Of a stretch of DNA of 51,107 nt, positions 1 to 8,640 are shown one piece after another. The notes below the pieces were generated by a model. It searched no databases and had not been told where the DNA came from. It was given only the letters and a program-made list of their open reading frames with translations. The stretch spans positions 1-51,107 of the forward strand of contig CAUJHL010000140.1 of the NCBI GenBank assembly GCA_963204705.1, read 5' to 3'. Source of the DNA: Pseudomonadota bacterium. Lineage in GTDB: Bacteria; Pseudomonadota; Gammaproteobacteria; Pseudomonadales; Moraxellaceae. The position numbers were made by a program, and so were the translations under genes. Each line of letters begins with the position of its first letter. Positions within the stretch are counted from its first letter, which is position 1.

Positions 1-1209
1 GATCGATTTGCCGGAATTCTGGTCGGTGGGGTCGTGCTGGTAGCGTTGCTGGCCCTGATCGGCTGGGGCGTGCTGGCCCACAACTGGCTGTATGGGCTGA
101 TCAATGCGGTATCGGTGCTGATCATTGCCTGTCCGTGTGCGCTGGGACTGGCTACCCCGATGTCGATCATGGTCGCCAGCGGGCGAGGAGCGACTCAGGG
201 GATATTGTTTCGCGATGCCGCCGCGATTGAGCAATTGATGCGTATTAATGCCTTGATCATTGATAAAACGGGAACCCTAACGCAGGGGAAACCGCTGTTT
301 GAAACTGCTATTAGCCTGCGGGGTTCTTCCCCGGAGGATGCAGACGTGCTGTTGCAGTATGCCGCCAGCCTGGATCAATTCAGTGAGCACCCTTTGGCGG
401 TATCGCTCGTGCAGGCAGCGCGCGATCGGGGACTGGCGATGCTTCACGCCTCTGGCTTTGAGTCACTGACGGGTTTGGGCGTGACGGGTCTGGTCGCGGG
501 CAAGCCTCTGCTGCTGGGCAGTGCAACGTTGCTACAGGAATCGGGTATCGACGTCACGCCATTACAGGATCAGGTCAATACCTACCGTCAACGGGGCAGC
601 AGCGTGCTGTTTGTCGCCATCGACAGGCAGTTGTCAGGGATGATTGTACTGTCCGATCCGCTCAAACCCACCACGGCCGAAGCCATTCAGGTGCTGAAAC
701 AGCACGGTATTCGCATCATTATGGCAACAGGTGATGGCGAGAAAACTGGCGAGTACGTAGCGAATACGCTGGGTATTAGTGAATACCATGCCGAAGTTCG
801 CCCAGAGGAGAAGCTGGAGCTGGTCCGTCAGCTTCAGCAACAGGGACAGTGCGTTGCGATGGCGGGCGATGGCATTAATGATGCTCCCGCGCTGGCACAG
901 GCCGATGTGGGCATTGCCATGGGAACGGGGACGGATGTGGCCATGCACAGTGCGCAAGTGACTCTGGTCAAGGGGGATTTGCGGGGGGTGGCAATCGCGC
1001 AGCGCCTTTCCTCAGCGACTGTGGCCAATATGAAGCAAAATCTGGTGTTTGCCTTTGTATACAACCTGATTGGGGTGCCCATTGCGGCTGGCGTCCTGTA
1101 CCCACTGACCGGCTGGCTGATGTCGCCCATGCTGGCGGCGGTGGCGATGTCCTTTAGCTCCACCTCGGTCATCGTCAATGCACTGAGGTTGCGGCACCGT
1201 GCGTTATGA
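1..1209 (+). CDS. Heavy-metal-translocating P1B-type ATPase, C-terminal ~400 aa (5' end lies outside the window)
   Basis: Frame 1 is open from base 1. The translation carries the CPC membrane motif (IACPCALGLATP), the phosphorylation site DKTGTLT and the hinge motif GDGINDAP. Stop TGA at 1207-1209. Confidence 0.93.
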   Translation, partial: DRFAGILVGGVVLVALLALIGWGVLAHNWLYGLINAVSVLIIACPCALGLATPMSIMVASGRGATQGILFRDAAAIEQLMRINALIIDKTGTLTQGKPLFETAISLRGSSPEDADVLLQYAASLDQFSEHPLAVSLVQAARDRGLAMLHASGFESLTGLGVTGLVAGKPLLLGSATLLQESGIDVTPLQDQVNTYRQRGSSVLFVAIDRQLSGMIVLSDPLKPTTAEAIQVLKQHGIRIIMATGDGEKTGEYVANTLGISEYHAEVRPEEKLELVRQLQQQGQCVAMAGDGINDAPALAQADVGIAMGTGTDVAMHSAQVTLVKGDLRGVAIAQRLSSATVANMKQNLVFAFVYNLIGVPIAAGVLYPLTGWLMSPMLAAVAMSFSSTSVIVNALRLRHRAL

Positions 1210-1237
1210 CAGTACGTTATGACAGTACGTTATGACA
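1203..1237. repeat. 13-bp tandem repeat GTTATGACAGTAC, two full copies plus a 9-nt partial copy, containing the ATPase stop codon
   Basis: Read directly: gttatgacagtac gttatgacagtac gttatgaca. The TGA of the first unit (1207-1209) is the CDS stop. Confidence 0.9.
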
Positions 1238-1356
1238 AGGCATTGTAATCGTACTCGGCAAAACCCTTTGCACACTGCGTTCGCTGAGTGCTCTTGGCAA
1301 CGGTTTAGGTGCTGGATGCCGGGCCTAAAGAAACCCTAACCATTAATCAGGACTGT

Positions 1357-2304
1357 TCACCCTCCACCCTGCCAGCCCAGTCGTCGTGTAATTGCTGGTG
1401 TACAGATCAGTAGCGCCAGCAAAATAATACCCATGCCGATCAGGCTCCACTGATCCGGATACTCCTGCCAGAGCAGTGCGGCCCAGAACCCGGCGAAAAG
1501 AATCGCGAGATAATTCGCCGGCCCAATCTGGCCGGCAGGGGCAAATTTATAGGCGGTTGACAGGCTAATCTGACTCAGCGTTGCCAGCACGCCTGCGCCG
1601 GTTACCAGCAGCAGCTCATGCAGGCTGAAACTCCGCCAGGACCACACCATCGGAATGGCAGACACCAGAGTCGCAATCAGGCAAAAGTAAAACACAATTC
1701 GGGTCGGCGGCTCGGTGGGTGTCATCGCGCGAACGGTGACAAAGGCCATGGAGGCCAGAAAACTGGACGCGATCCCGATCAGGGATAAATGATTAACCAT
1801 GCCAGAATCGGGCTTGGCTACCAAGAGCACGCCCACCAGTCCCAGCGCCGCGGCAAATAGCATCATTGGCGTGATTTTTTCCTTTAAAAACAGCCAGGCA
1901 ACCACGGGAATAAACACTGGCGATGAATACGTAAATACCATCGCATTGCTGAGTTTCAGATGCGCTATCGCATAAAAAAATCCATACATCGCGCACAGTC
2001 CCACCAGTGCCCGCCACAGGTGCATGGGGAATTTGTGGGTGCGCAGCTGGTCAAAGCCCTGCAGCGCAAACCAGGGTAATAGCATGAGCAATCCGGTCAG
2101 ATTACGAAAAAACACGATCGAGGCATTATCGACACTGTGCGACGCTAGCCGGATCAGCACACCCATGGTGGCAAACAGAAACGCCGACAAGGACAGCAGC
2201 GCAAGCCCCTTGCCAATTGAAGGTGTCATGGATTGGCTTAAGTTGAGGGCTGAATCAGGCTCATTGGCATGAGTCACATCCGAACAGGGTGTTGGTTTCG
2301 TCAT
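1357..2304 (-). CDS. EamA/DMT-superfamily permease (10-TM type)
   Basis: 315-aa ORF, almost entirely hydrophobic segments in two similar halves. Size and architecture are typical of EamA-domain transporters. It lies 28 bp downstream of the MATE gene on the same strand. Confidence 0.65.
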   Translation of the reverse strand: MTKPTPCSDVTHANEPDSALNLSQSMTPSIGKGLALLSLSAFLFATMGVLIRLASHSVDNASIVFFRNLTGLLMLLPWFALQGFDQLRTHKFPMHLWRALVGLCAMYGFFYAIAHLKLSNAMVFTYSSPVFIPVVAWLFLKEKITPMMLFAAALGLVGVLLVAKPDSGMVNHLSLIGIASSFLASMAFVTVRAMTPTEPPTRIVFYFCLIATLVSAIPMVWSWRSFSLHELLLVTGAGVLATLSQISLSTAYKFAPAGQIGPANYLAILFAGFWAALLWQEYPDQWSLIGMGIILLALLICTPAITRRLGWQGGG

Positions 2305-2318
2305 GGATCGGGTCTTAA

Positions 2319-2338
2319 GCAGTCAGTGGCAGTCAGTG
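2319..2338. repeat. Perfect 10-bp tandem duplication GCAGTCAGTG x2 spanning the MATE stop codon
   Basis: Read directly at 2319-2328 and 2329-2338. The minus-strand stop TGA (tca at 2333-2335) lies in the second unit. Confidence 0.9.
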
Positions 2339-3721
2339 GGGCATGGAACTAAGACCAAGACGCTGCGTGTGCAGGCGCAAACGCCACAGCAATCCCCCGG
2401 AAGCCATGAATAAGCCGGTGAGCAACGACAGCCAAAGCCCCTGCGCTCCCCAACCGGTATGATGAGCCAGATAAATGCCCAGTGGTAACGCCACCACCCA
2501 GTAACAAATAAGGGTGATCCACATCGGCCAGCGTGTTTCCTGTAATCCGCGTAAACACCCCGCTGCGGTCACTTGCCAGGCATCGGCGACCTGATACATC
2601 GCTGCGAACAGCAATAATTGTCCCGCCAGTTGCTGCACGGCGTGATCCGGGGTATAGGCCTGTGGAATCCAGTTGCGACAGAGCAATAACAGGGTCATGG
2701 TGATCACGGACACCAGGGTTGCCAGCGTAAATCCAGCCAGCTGAATCGCGCGAATCTGTTCCCATGCCTGAGCACCATACGCAGTGCCGATCCGTATGGT
2801 TACCGCAATGGCCAGTGATAACGGCAGCATAAACAGTTGTGAGGTGACGGACAGGGCGATCTGGTGCGCCGCCACCACCACGTCGCCTAGCGGGCTCAGC
2901 ACCAGTGCGGCGACACAGAACAGGCTCGCCTCAAAGAGTATCGCCAGCCCAATGGGCAGCCCAATGGCCAAAAATCGCCGCTGGGCCGGTGCATCCCAGC
3001 GCTGGCCTGACCATGTTATGCGTACCGAGTGGTAGTCACTTGACTGGCTTAAATAAGTGGCCAGCACGCCGAGCAAAATCCATTGGGTAATGGCATTAGC
3101 CACGCCACAACCTGCGCCGCCCATGGCAGGAAAGGGTCCCCAGCCATAGAGAAACACGGCATTAAGGGGTACCACAAGTATCAAACCCGCCAGACTGATC
3201 AGGGTTACCGGACGAGGGTGGCCTAGCGCTTCGGTGTAGCCTCTCAGGGTAGCGTACAGGGTTACAGCGGGCATGCCCCAGGCGATGCAACGGAGGAACA
3301 GGGCAGCTTTGGGCGCAAGACTTTCCGGAATGCCAATCCAGGGAAACAGCCACGGCAGGCCGCTCAGAATGGCCGAACCTGCCAGACCGAGCAATACGGC
3401 CAATAGCAGCGCTTGCGCCGTCACCGGCGGGATATCCTGTGGGCGTTTGGCCCCCAGCGCTTCGGAAACCAGTGGGGTAGTCGCCATCAGGATGCCGCTC
3501 AGAAACAGCACCACCGGCAACCATAATCCCGCACCAATCGCCACGGAGGCGAGATCGGCAGGGGAAAGCCTGCCAGCCATCAGCGTATCAATCAGGCCAT
3601 ACCCCGCTTGCGCCACTTGAGTCAACAGGATTGGCAGCATCAGGCGCAGTAGTGGGCGCCATTCCTGACGCCAGCTCACTGGCTGGCCAGCAGATGCGGT
3701 CTGGGCTGACACCCTAGGCAT
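2333..3721 (-). CDS. MATE-family multidrug/toxic-compound efflux transporter (NorM-like)
   Basis: 462 aa with about 12 hydrophobic segments. The N-terminal region (LLRLMLPILLTQVAQAGYGLIDTLMAGRLS) matches the conserved MATE opening (LAxPI..Q....vDT.M.G). Confidence 0.85.
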   Translation of the reverse strand: MPRVSAQTASAGQPVSWRQEWRPLLRLMLPILLTQVAQAGYGLIDTLMAGRLSPADLASVAIGAGLWLPVVLFLSGILMATTPLVSEALGAKRPQDIPPVTAQALLLAVLLGLAGSAILSGLPWLFPWIGIPESLAPKAALFLRCIAWGMPAVTLYATLRGYTEALGHPRPVTLISLAGLILVVPLNAVFLYGWGPFPAMGGAGCGVANAITQWILLGVLATYLSQSSDYHSVRITWSGQRWDAPAQRRFLAIGLPIGLAILFEASLFCVAALVLSPLGDVVVAAHQIALSVTSQLFMLPLSLAIAVTIRIGTAYGAQAWEQIRAIQLAGFTLATLVSVITMTLLLLCRNWIPQAYTPDHAVQQLAGQLLLFAAMYQVADAWQVTAAGCLRGLQETRWPMWITLICYWVVALPLGIYLAHHTGWGAQGLWLSLLTGLFMASGGLLWRLRLHTQRLGLSSMPH

Positions 3722-3766
3722 CCTTCATTATCAGGTCACGGAGACTGTGCAGGGACAGTGAGGGCA

Positions 3767-4603
3767 TCAAAATCTCAATAATTCGTCGGTTTTGGCGATG
3801 ACCTTGCTGTCAACGTCCAGCACAATCACCGTCACCAGGTATTCTTTACCGGCTTGCACGCGATTGGTGGGCAGCGTGTAGGTGGTGGATTGGGCAGCCT
3901 GTTGATGCTGCAGCACAAAGGCGCTTTCCGCTGCATTGCCAAATTTCTCCACATCAATCACGCTGATCAGGGTTTTTGAGGGATGGATCGCGCTGCTTGC
4001 CGTGGGTTGTGTCCAGTTCAGGGTTAGGCCGGTATTGCTGAGGGTATACGCGGTCGAGGGATAGGGTGTACCAATCATAAAGGCAAACCATTCAATTTCA
4101 GGGGCCAGTGTCTGTGTGGTGGCTCCACAGCTAAAGGTCGGCGGGGTCTGACCAAAGCTGCCCGTGTATTTGCCGTAATAGCCGATGTAATCTACGCTGT
4201 TCGTGGCAAAGTTGCCCGCAAGCGTGGGATAGACCACTTTATCGGTGGGCAAAGTGGCTGAATAATTATTCAGTTGACCGGTGGCTGTTCCCGTCAGTTT
4301 TTCCCAGTCTTTAGTGCCCGAGAGATGCAGTTGATTGCTGTCAAGGCAATCGTCCTGCTGAAAGCTCAGGTAGCCGGTATAGGTGCCGTCATCCTTGGGC
4401 ACATTCAGATACAGCATGCCAGCATCGATATCGTTCGGATTGCCATCCCCCCGTTCGAGGTAAAAACCGACATAGTTGCCACCCAGGCCCTGCATCGGTT
4501 TGCTGGTTTGGGCGGTATCGCCGCCGCCACAGCCACTCAGTAGAGTGAATGTCATGAGCAGGGCAGACCAGCCTGCAGTGGGACTATGGTTTAGGGAAGA
4601 CAT
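3767..4603 (-). CDS. Hypothetical lipoprotein (279 aa from the internal ATG)
   Basis: The ORF 3767..4804 contains an internal Met (cat at 4601-4603) followed by a signal peptide and lipobox (WSALLMTFTLLSG|C). The 67 upstream codons are Arg/Ser-rich and do not look coding. The mature part is Thr/Gly/Tyr-rich with no motif I recognise. Confidence 0.6.
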   Translation of the reverse strand: MSSLNHSPTAGWSALLMTFTLLSGCGGGDTAQTSKPMQGLGGNYVGFYLERGDGNPNDIDAGMLYLNVPKDDGTYTGYLSFQQDDCLDSNQLHLSGTKDWEKLTGTATGQLNNYSATLPTDKVVYPTLAGNFATNSVDYIGYYGKYTGSFGQTPPTFSCGATTQTLAPEIEWFAFMIGTPYPSTAYTLSNTGLTLNWTQPTASSAIHPSKTLISVIDVEKFGNAAESAFVLQHQQAAQSTTYTLPTNRVQAGKEYLVTVIVLDVDSKVIAKTDELLRF

Positions 4604-4840
4604 GGCAAGGATTCCAGTTAAACCGCAGCACGCACTATTCCTTAAAGACAATCGAAAGGCAGGGAGCTGGCGGAGGAGGGACAGTAACAACGGAAAAAAC
4701 ACTCCGGTTCTGCTCCCGATTCTAGCGGAAAAACCCCAATTGCGGACATCAGCGCTCAGGGTTTTTGGATTGGTGTTAGAACGGACTTGCCGTATTCTTG
4801 GCACTCTTTCTACCAGTTCTACCAGTCAAGGGGTGTTTGT

Positions 4841-6013
4841 GTGAGACTGACGCCGAGTGTCATTCCGCTTAGCCTTTACCTGCACATGCCCTGGTGTGTC
4901 AAAAAATGCCCCTACTGCGACTTTAACTCGCATGCCCTGCCGCCGTCTTCCGCTGGGAAATGGGTGTTGGACGCAGAATTGGAGCGTCAGTATATTCAGG
5001 CGCTGTGCGCGGATCTGGAGGCCCAGCAGTCACTGGTACAGGGACGGCCGATTCACAGTATTTTTATCGGCGGCGGCACGCCCTCGCTGATCTCTGCTGC
5101 GGGCTATCGCCAGTTGTTTCAGCATATCCGGCGGCAGTTTCTTCTTGAGCCCGATTGTGAAATTACTCTTGAGGCCAATCCTGGTACGCTGGAACATGCG
5201 CCCTTTGAGTCGTATTTAGAGGTCGGTATTAATCGGCTGTCGCTCGGCGTACAGACCTTTGAGCCGCATTTGCTGCAAACACTGGGTAGGGTGCATTCTT
5301 CCATGGAGGCCGAGCAGGCCATCCGGCTGGCCCGACAGGCTGGCTTTGAACGGGTCAATGTGGATCTCATGCACGGCTTGCCGGGTCAGGATGCCGCGAT
5401 GGCAGTGGCCGATTTGCAGCAGGCCCATGCGGCAGGGGCGACGCATTTGTCGTGGTATCAGCTGACGATCGAACCCAATACCGTGTTTTTTCGTACTCAG
5501 CCGGTGCTGCCAGAAGACGATGCGCTGGGGGAAATTCAGGACATGGGTGAGCACTGGCTGCGGCGTCAGGGTTATCAGCAGTATGAAGTGTCCGCCTGGG
5601 CAGGCGAGCAACCGTGCCGTCACAATCTGAATTACTGGCAGTTTGGCGATTATCTGGCCGCTGGCGCCGGTGCTCATGGGAAAATTACCCAGCCTGAGGG
5701 CATTTACCGTTTTCAAAAGAGCCGCTCACCCAAAGATTATCTGGCAACGGTTCCGGCACCCCTATTGCAGTGGCAGGAGGTGACTGAAACAGAACTGCCC
5801 TTCGAATTCATGATGAATGCCCTTCGGCTGACACAGGGCGTCCCCCGTGCGTACTGGGAGCAGCGAACGGGTTTGCCGTGGGAAAGCCTTGCCTCAACGG
5901 TAGTGGAATTGCGGCAACAGGGCTTGCTGGGCATGGATCCACAGCGACTGGTGGCGACGGAGCAGGGCCTGCGTTATCTGAATACCGTACTGGAACGCTT
6001 TCTGCAGGATTGA
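4841..6013 (+). CDS. hemW: Radical-SAM heme chaperone HemW (HemN-like, YggW family)
   Basis: Radical-SAM CxxxCxxC box (HMPWCVKKCPYCDFNSHAL), FIGGGTPS, SWYQLTIEPNT and HNLNYWQFGDY all match remembered E. coli HemW. An in-frame GTG at 4841 gives an N-terminus of the same length as E. coli. The upstream ATG at 4787 is an alternative start. Confidence 0.88.
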   Translation: MRLTPSVIPLSLYLHMPWCVKKCPYCDFNSHALPPSSAGKWVLDAELERQYIQALCADLEAQQSLVQGRPIHSIFIGGGTPSLISAAGYRQLFQHIRRQFLLEPDCEITLEANPGTLEHAPFESYLEVGINRLSLGVQTFEPHLLQTLGRVHSSMEAEQAIRLARQAGFERVNVDLMHGLPGQDAAMAVADLQQAHAAGATHLSWYQLTIEPNTVFFRTQPVLPEDDALGEIQDMGEHWLRRQGYQQYEVSAWAGEQPCRHNLNYWQFGDYLAAGAGAHGKITQPEGIYRFQKSRSPKDYLATVPAPLLQWQEVTETELPFEFMMNALRLTQGVPRAYWEQRTGLPWESLASTVVELRQQGLLGMDPQRLVATEQGLRYLNTVLERFLQD

Positions 6014-6039
6014 TCTGTTGGCTTTCACAGAAGCTTGCG

Positions 6040-6068
6040 GTGTTTGGCATAGTGTTTGGCAGAGTGTT
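6040..6068. repeat. 12-bp tandem repeat GTGTTTGGCA(T/G)A x2 plus a 5-nt partial third unit
   Basis: Read directly: gtgtttggcata gtgtttggcaga gtgtt. It lies in the hemW-rpmI spacer about 50 bp upstream of the putative rpmI promoter. Confidence 0.85.
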
Positions 6069-6116
6069 CGACCGTTATTCCACAATCGGTGTTGGTTGAA
6101 TTGGGTGCAGGCGGGA

Positions 6117-6145
6117 TTGCAAAGGACTCCAACTGTGGCTACACT
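6117..6145 (+). promoter_or_regulatory. Putative sigma70 promoter for rpmI-rplT
   Basis: -35 TTGCAA (6117-6122), a 17-nt spacer, then -10 TACACT (6140-6145), about 70 nt upstream of the rpmI ATG. Sequence match only. Confidence 0.45.
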
Positions 6146-6214
6146 GTGCGCCCCTTACCCTCAGGTGGTCTGCAATGGGGCAGTCCAGCCAAAAGGGTGC
6201 CTAAAGAGGCCCTT

Positions 6215-6406
6215 ATGAAACTCAAAACCAAGCGTGGCGCTGCCAAGCGGTTTAAAAAAACCGCGAATGGCTTCAAGCGCAAGCAGGCGTTCAAACGCCA
6301 CATCCTGACCAAAAAATCTGCCAAGCGCATCCGTCAACTGCGTCCATTGACCATGGTTCACGAAAGTGACGTGGCCCGTGTCCGCCGTATGCTGCCGTAT
6401 ATTTAA
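6215..6406 (+). CDS. rpmI: 50S ribosomal protein L35
   Basis: Internal ATG at 6215 of ORF 6056..6406 gives [34 protein letters not shown]..., a typical 63-aa L35. The upstream part of the ORF is not L35-like. Confidence 0.95.
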   Translation: MKLKTKRGAAKRFKKTANGFKRKQAFKRHILTKKSAKRIRQLRPLTMVHESDVARVRRMLPYI

Positions 6407-6417
6407 GGAGAGGATGA

Positions 6418-6777
6418 ATGGCTCGTGTAAAACGTGGTGTAGTGGCTCATCGTCGTCACAAGAAAGTCATGGCTCTGGCCAAAGGTTACTATGGTGCGCG
6501 TTCGCGTGTGTACCGTGTTGCCGTACAGGCGGTGATGAAAGCCGGTCAGTATGCCTATCGTGACCGCCGTCAGAAAAAACGCCAGTTCCGTGCGCTGTGG
6601 ATTGCCCGTATCAACGCCGGTGCGCGTCTGAATGGCCTGTCCTATAGCCGCATGATCAATGGCCTGAAAAAAGCCAATATCGCGCTCGATCGCCGTGTGC
6701 TCGCCGACATCGCCATGCACGATGCCGCCGCGTTTACCGCACTGGCTGAAAAAGCCAAAGGCGCACTGGCAGCCTGA
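6418..6777 (+). CDS. rplT: 50S ribosomal protein L20
   Basis: 119 aa, [17 protein letters not shown]...[21 protein letters not shown], the canonical L20 sequence. It starts 11 nt after rpmI. Confidence 0.97.
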   Translation: MARVKRGVVAHRRHKKVMALAKGYYGARSRVYRVAVQAVMKAGQYAYRDRRQKKRQFRALWIARINAGARLNGLSYSRMINGLKKANIALDRRVLADIAMHDAAAFTALAEKAKGALAA

Positions 6778-6835
6778 TTGCTCAGGATCTGCCTGTAGAT
6801 ATTGCCTACAGGTACTGCACTTCCAGTTGTGCATT

Positions 6836-6860
6836 AAAGCCACCTTCGGGTGGCTTTTTT
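6836..6860 (+). terminator. Rho-independent terminator after rplT
   Basis: aaagccacc-ttcg-ggtggcttt followed by a T-run. A second hairpin, cctgtag..ctacagg, lies at about 6791-6812. Confidence 0.85.
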
Positions 6861-7165
6861 GTGCCTTAAGCTCTGGCGTCAGCGAGTCGTTTTTCTCACC
6901 ATGTATTACTCACCGTCATGGGGCAATTCGTACCCCGCTTGCCCTGTCAGGGGTATTTGGCAGCAGGCAGTCGCTGAAAATGCGGCTTAAATCCGTGCAA
7001 ATTGCATGCTATGAGGGCAGAGTCCCTAGAAAAAAAGGGAATAAATCAGGTATAGTTCGCGGCATTGGCCAGTGGTCGGCGAAGCTGTAGCTGCATTCTG
7101 ATGAGGCACAGACAAGACGTTCATTCCGAGTCGACTGATAGACTGGCCTGTCAGGAGTTTTCTGC

Positions 7166-7756
7166 ATGAGTACCCTTACCGCATCCAACTGGTCACTGAT
7201 TGCTTTCTGCATTGGCGTAGTGTTCCTGTGCGTCTTTATGCTGACGGTTCCCCAGCTGCTGGGAGGTCGCACGAAAGGCCGGGCCAAACACGAGGCCTTC
7301 GAATCCGGTGTGGTCAGTGTGGGCAGTGCCCGCATGCGGTTGTCCGCCAAGTTTTATCTGGTGGCCATGTTTTTCGTGATTTTTGATGTAGAAGCCCTGT
7401 ACCTGTACGCCTGGTCAACCGCCGTCCGTGAATCCGGCTGGGCGGGCTATATCGAAGTGCTGGTATTTATTCTGGTGCTACTGGCAGGTCTGGTCTATGT
7501 CTGGCGTATAGGTGCGCTGGACTGGGCGCCTGAGGGTCGCATCATTGCGGCCAATAAAGCCCGCGCTGCCGTCGATGGCAGTCCGATTGATGGCAAGCTG
7601 GATCTGGCCGAAGTAACCCGCTTTATCCCCATGGAAATTCTGGAGCTGGACCCGACGGGCAAAGTGCCTGCACAGCTGTCAGGTAAAGTTAATGATCCCC
7701 GCGCCAGCCGTCAGGCCAAAGGCAAGCTGAATGCTGCACCGGAGTCCCAGTCATGA
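7166..7756 (+). CDS. nuoA: NADH:quinone oxidoreductase subunit A, with a long C-terminal extension
   Basis: The core region ([38 protein letters not shown]...RIGALDW) is nearly identical in pattern to remembered E. coli NuoA. Total length is 196 aa. It overlaps the nuoB start by 4 nt. Confidence 0.93.
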   Translation: MSTLTASNWSLIAFCIGVVFLCVFMLTVPQLLGGRTKGRAKHEAFESGVVSVGSARMRLSAKFYLVAMFFVIFDVEALYLYAWSTAVRESGWAGYIEVLVFILVLLAGLVYVWRIGALDWAPEGRIIAANKARAAVDGSPIDGKLDLAEVTRFIPMEILELDPTGKVPAQLSGKVNDPRASRQAKGKLNAAPESQS

Positions 7757-8421
7757 AATACACCCTGACCAAGGCCAATCTGGATGCACCCCAATATCCG
7801 GCGCAAGATCGTCAGGTAGTCTCTGATCCCACAGAAGACGAAGTCAGTAAAAATATTTTTATGACGCGTCTGGAAGACATGGCGCATCTGGCCGTCAACT
7901 GGGGGCGCAAGAATTCGCTCTGGCCCTACAACTTCGGTTTGTCGTGTTGCTATGTTGAAATGGCCACCGCTTTTACCGCACCACACGATCTGGCGCGTTT
8001 TGGTGCAGAGGTCATCCGGGCCTCACCCCGTCAGGCTGACCTCATGGTGGTTGCGGGTACCTGTTTTGTCAAAATGGCCCCGGTTGTGCAGCGGCTGTAT
8101 GAGCAAATGCTGGAGCCGAAATGGGTCATTTCCATGGGTGCCTGTGCCAACTCGGGTGGCATGTACGATATTTACTCCGTCGTTCAGGGCGTGGATAAAT
8201 TTATCCCAGTGGACGTGTATGTGCCGGGTTGCCCACCACGTCCTGAAGCCTTCATTCAGGCGCTGTTGCTGCTGCAGGAATCGATTGGCAAAGAGCGTCG
8301 CCCGCTGTCCGCAGTGGTTGGCGACCAAAATCTGTATCGTCCTGTTATGCAGCCAGAACGCGACCGCAAACAGGCAGAGCGCATTGCGGTGACCAATCTG
8401 CGCTCACCCGACGAAATCTGA
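7753..8421 (+). CDS. nuoB: NADH:quinone oxidoreductase subunit B
   Basis: 222 aa with the N2-cluster cysteines ([27 protein letters not shown]). Confidence 0.96.
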   Translation: MKYTLTKANLDAPQYPAQDRQVVSDPTEDEVSKNIFMTRLEDMAHLAVNWGRKNSLWPYNFGLSCCYVEMATAFTAPHDLARFGAEVIRASPRQADLMVVAGTCFVKMAPVVQRLYEQMLEPKWVISMGACANSGGMYDIYSVVQGVDKFIPVDVYVPGCPPRPEAFIQALLLLQESIGKERRPLSAVVGDQNLYRPVMQPERDRKQAERIAVTNLRSPDEI

Positions 8422-8592
8422 TTTTTTCCTGCCAGCTTCCCCGCAGGCGATGCCTGGGTGGAAGGGCAGGGCTGGCGTGTGTTGCACGCTGGAAACGTGG
8501 TGACACCAATCGCTGTCCCCTCGATTCTGGGGACGCGATCCGATGGATCCAAACCGGCATTGTCCCTAAGGATTATTGGAACGCCATGCACT

Positions 8593-8625
8593 GTTTGACT
8601 TTGATTTGCACCGTTTGACTTTGAT
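8593..8625. repeat. 13-bp direct repeat GTTTGACTTTGAT x2 with 20-bp periodicity, just upstream of nuoCD
   Basis: Read directly at 8593-8605 and 8613-8625. The nuoCD ATG is at 8641. Confidence 0.85.
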
Positions 8626-8640
8626 AGGACGCCTGAATCG

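Noticed and set aside
4604-4804. N-terminal 67-codon extension of the lipoprotein ORF (3767..4804)
   Set aside because: The extension is Arg/Ser/Leu-rich and would bury the signal peptide internally. The internal Met followed directly by a signal peptide and lipobox is the sensible start. The extension would also overlap the hemW start region.
6056-6214. Upstream 53 codons of the ORF containing rpmI
   Set aside because: L35 is a protein of about 64 aa. The canonical [14 protein letters not shown]-terminus begins at 6215, and the upstream part contains the putative promoter.
7028-7056. Candidate nuo promoter (-10 TATAGT at 7051-7056)
   Set aside because: The corresponding -35 position reads AGAAAA and there is no extended -10. 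This is too weak to report as a feature without TSS data.
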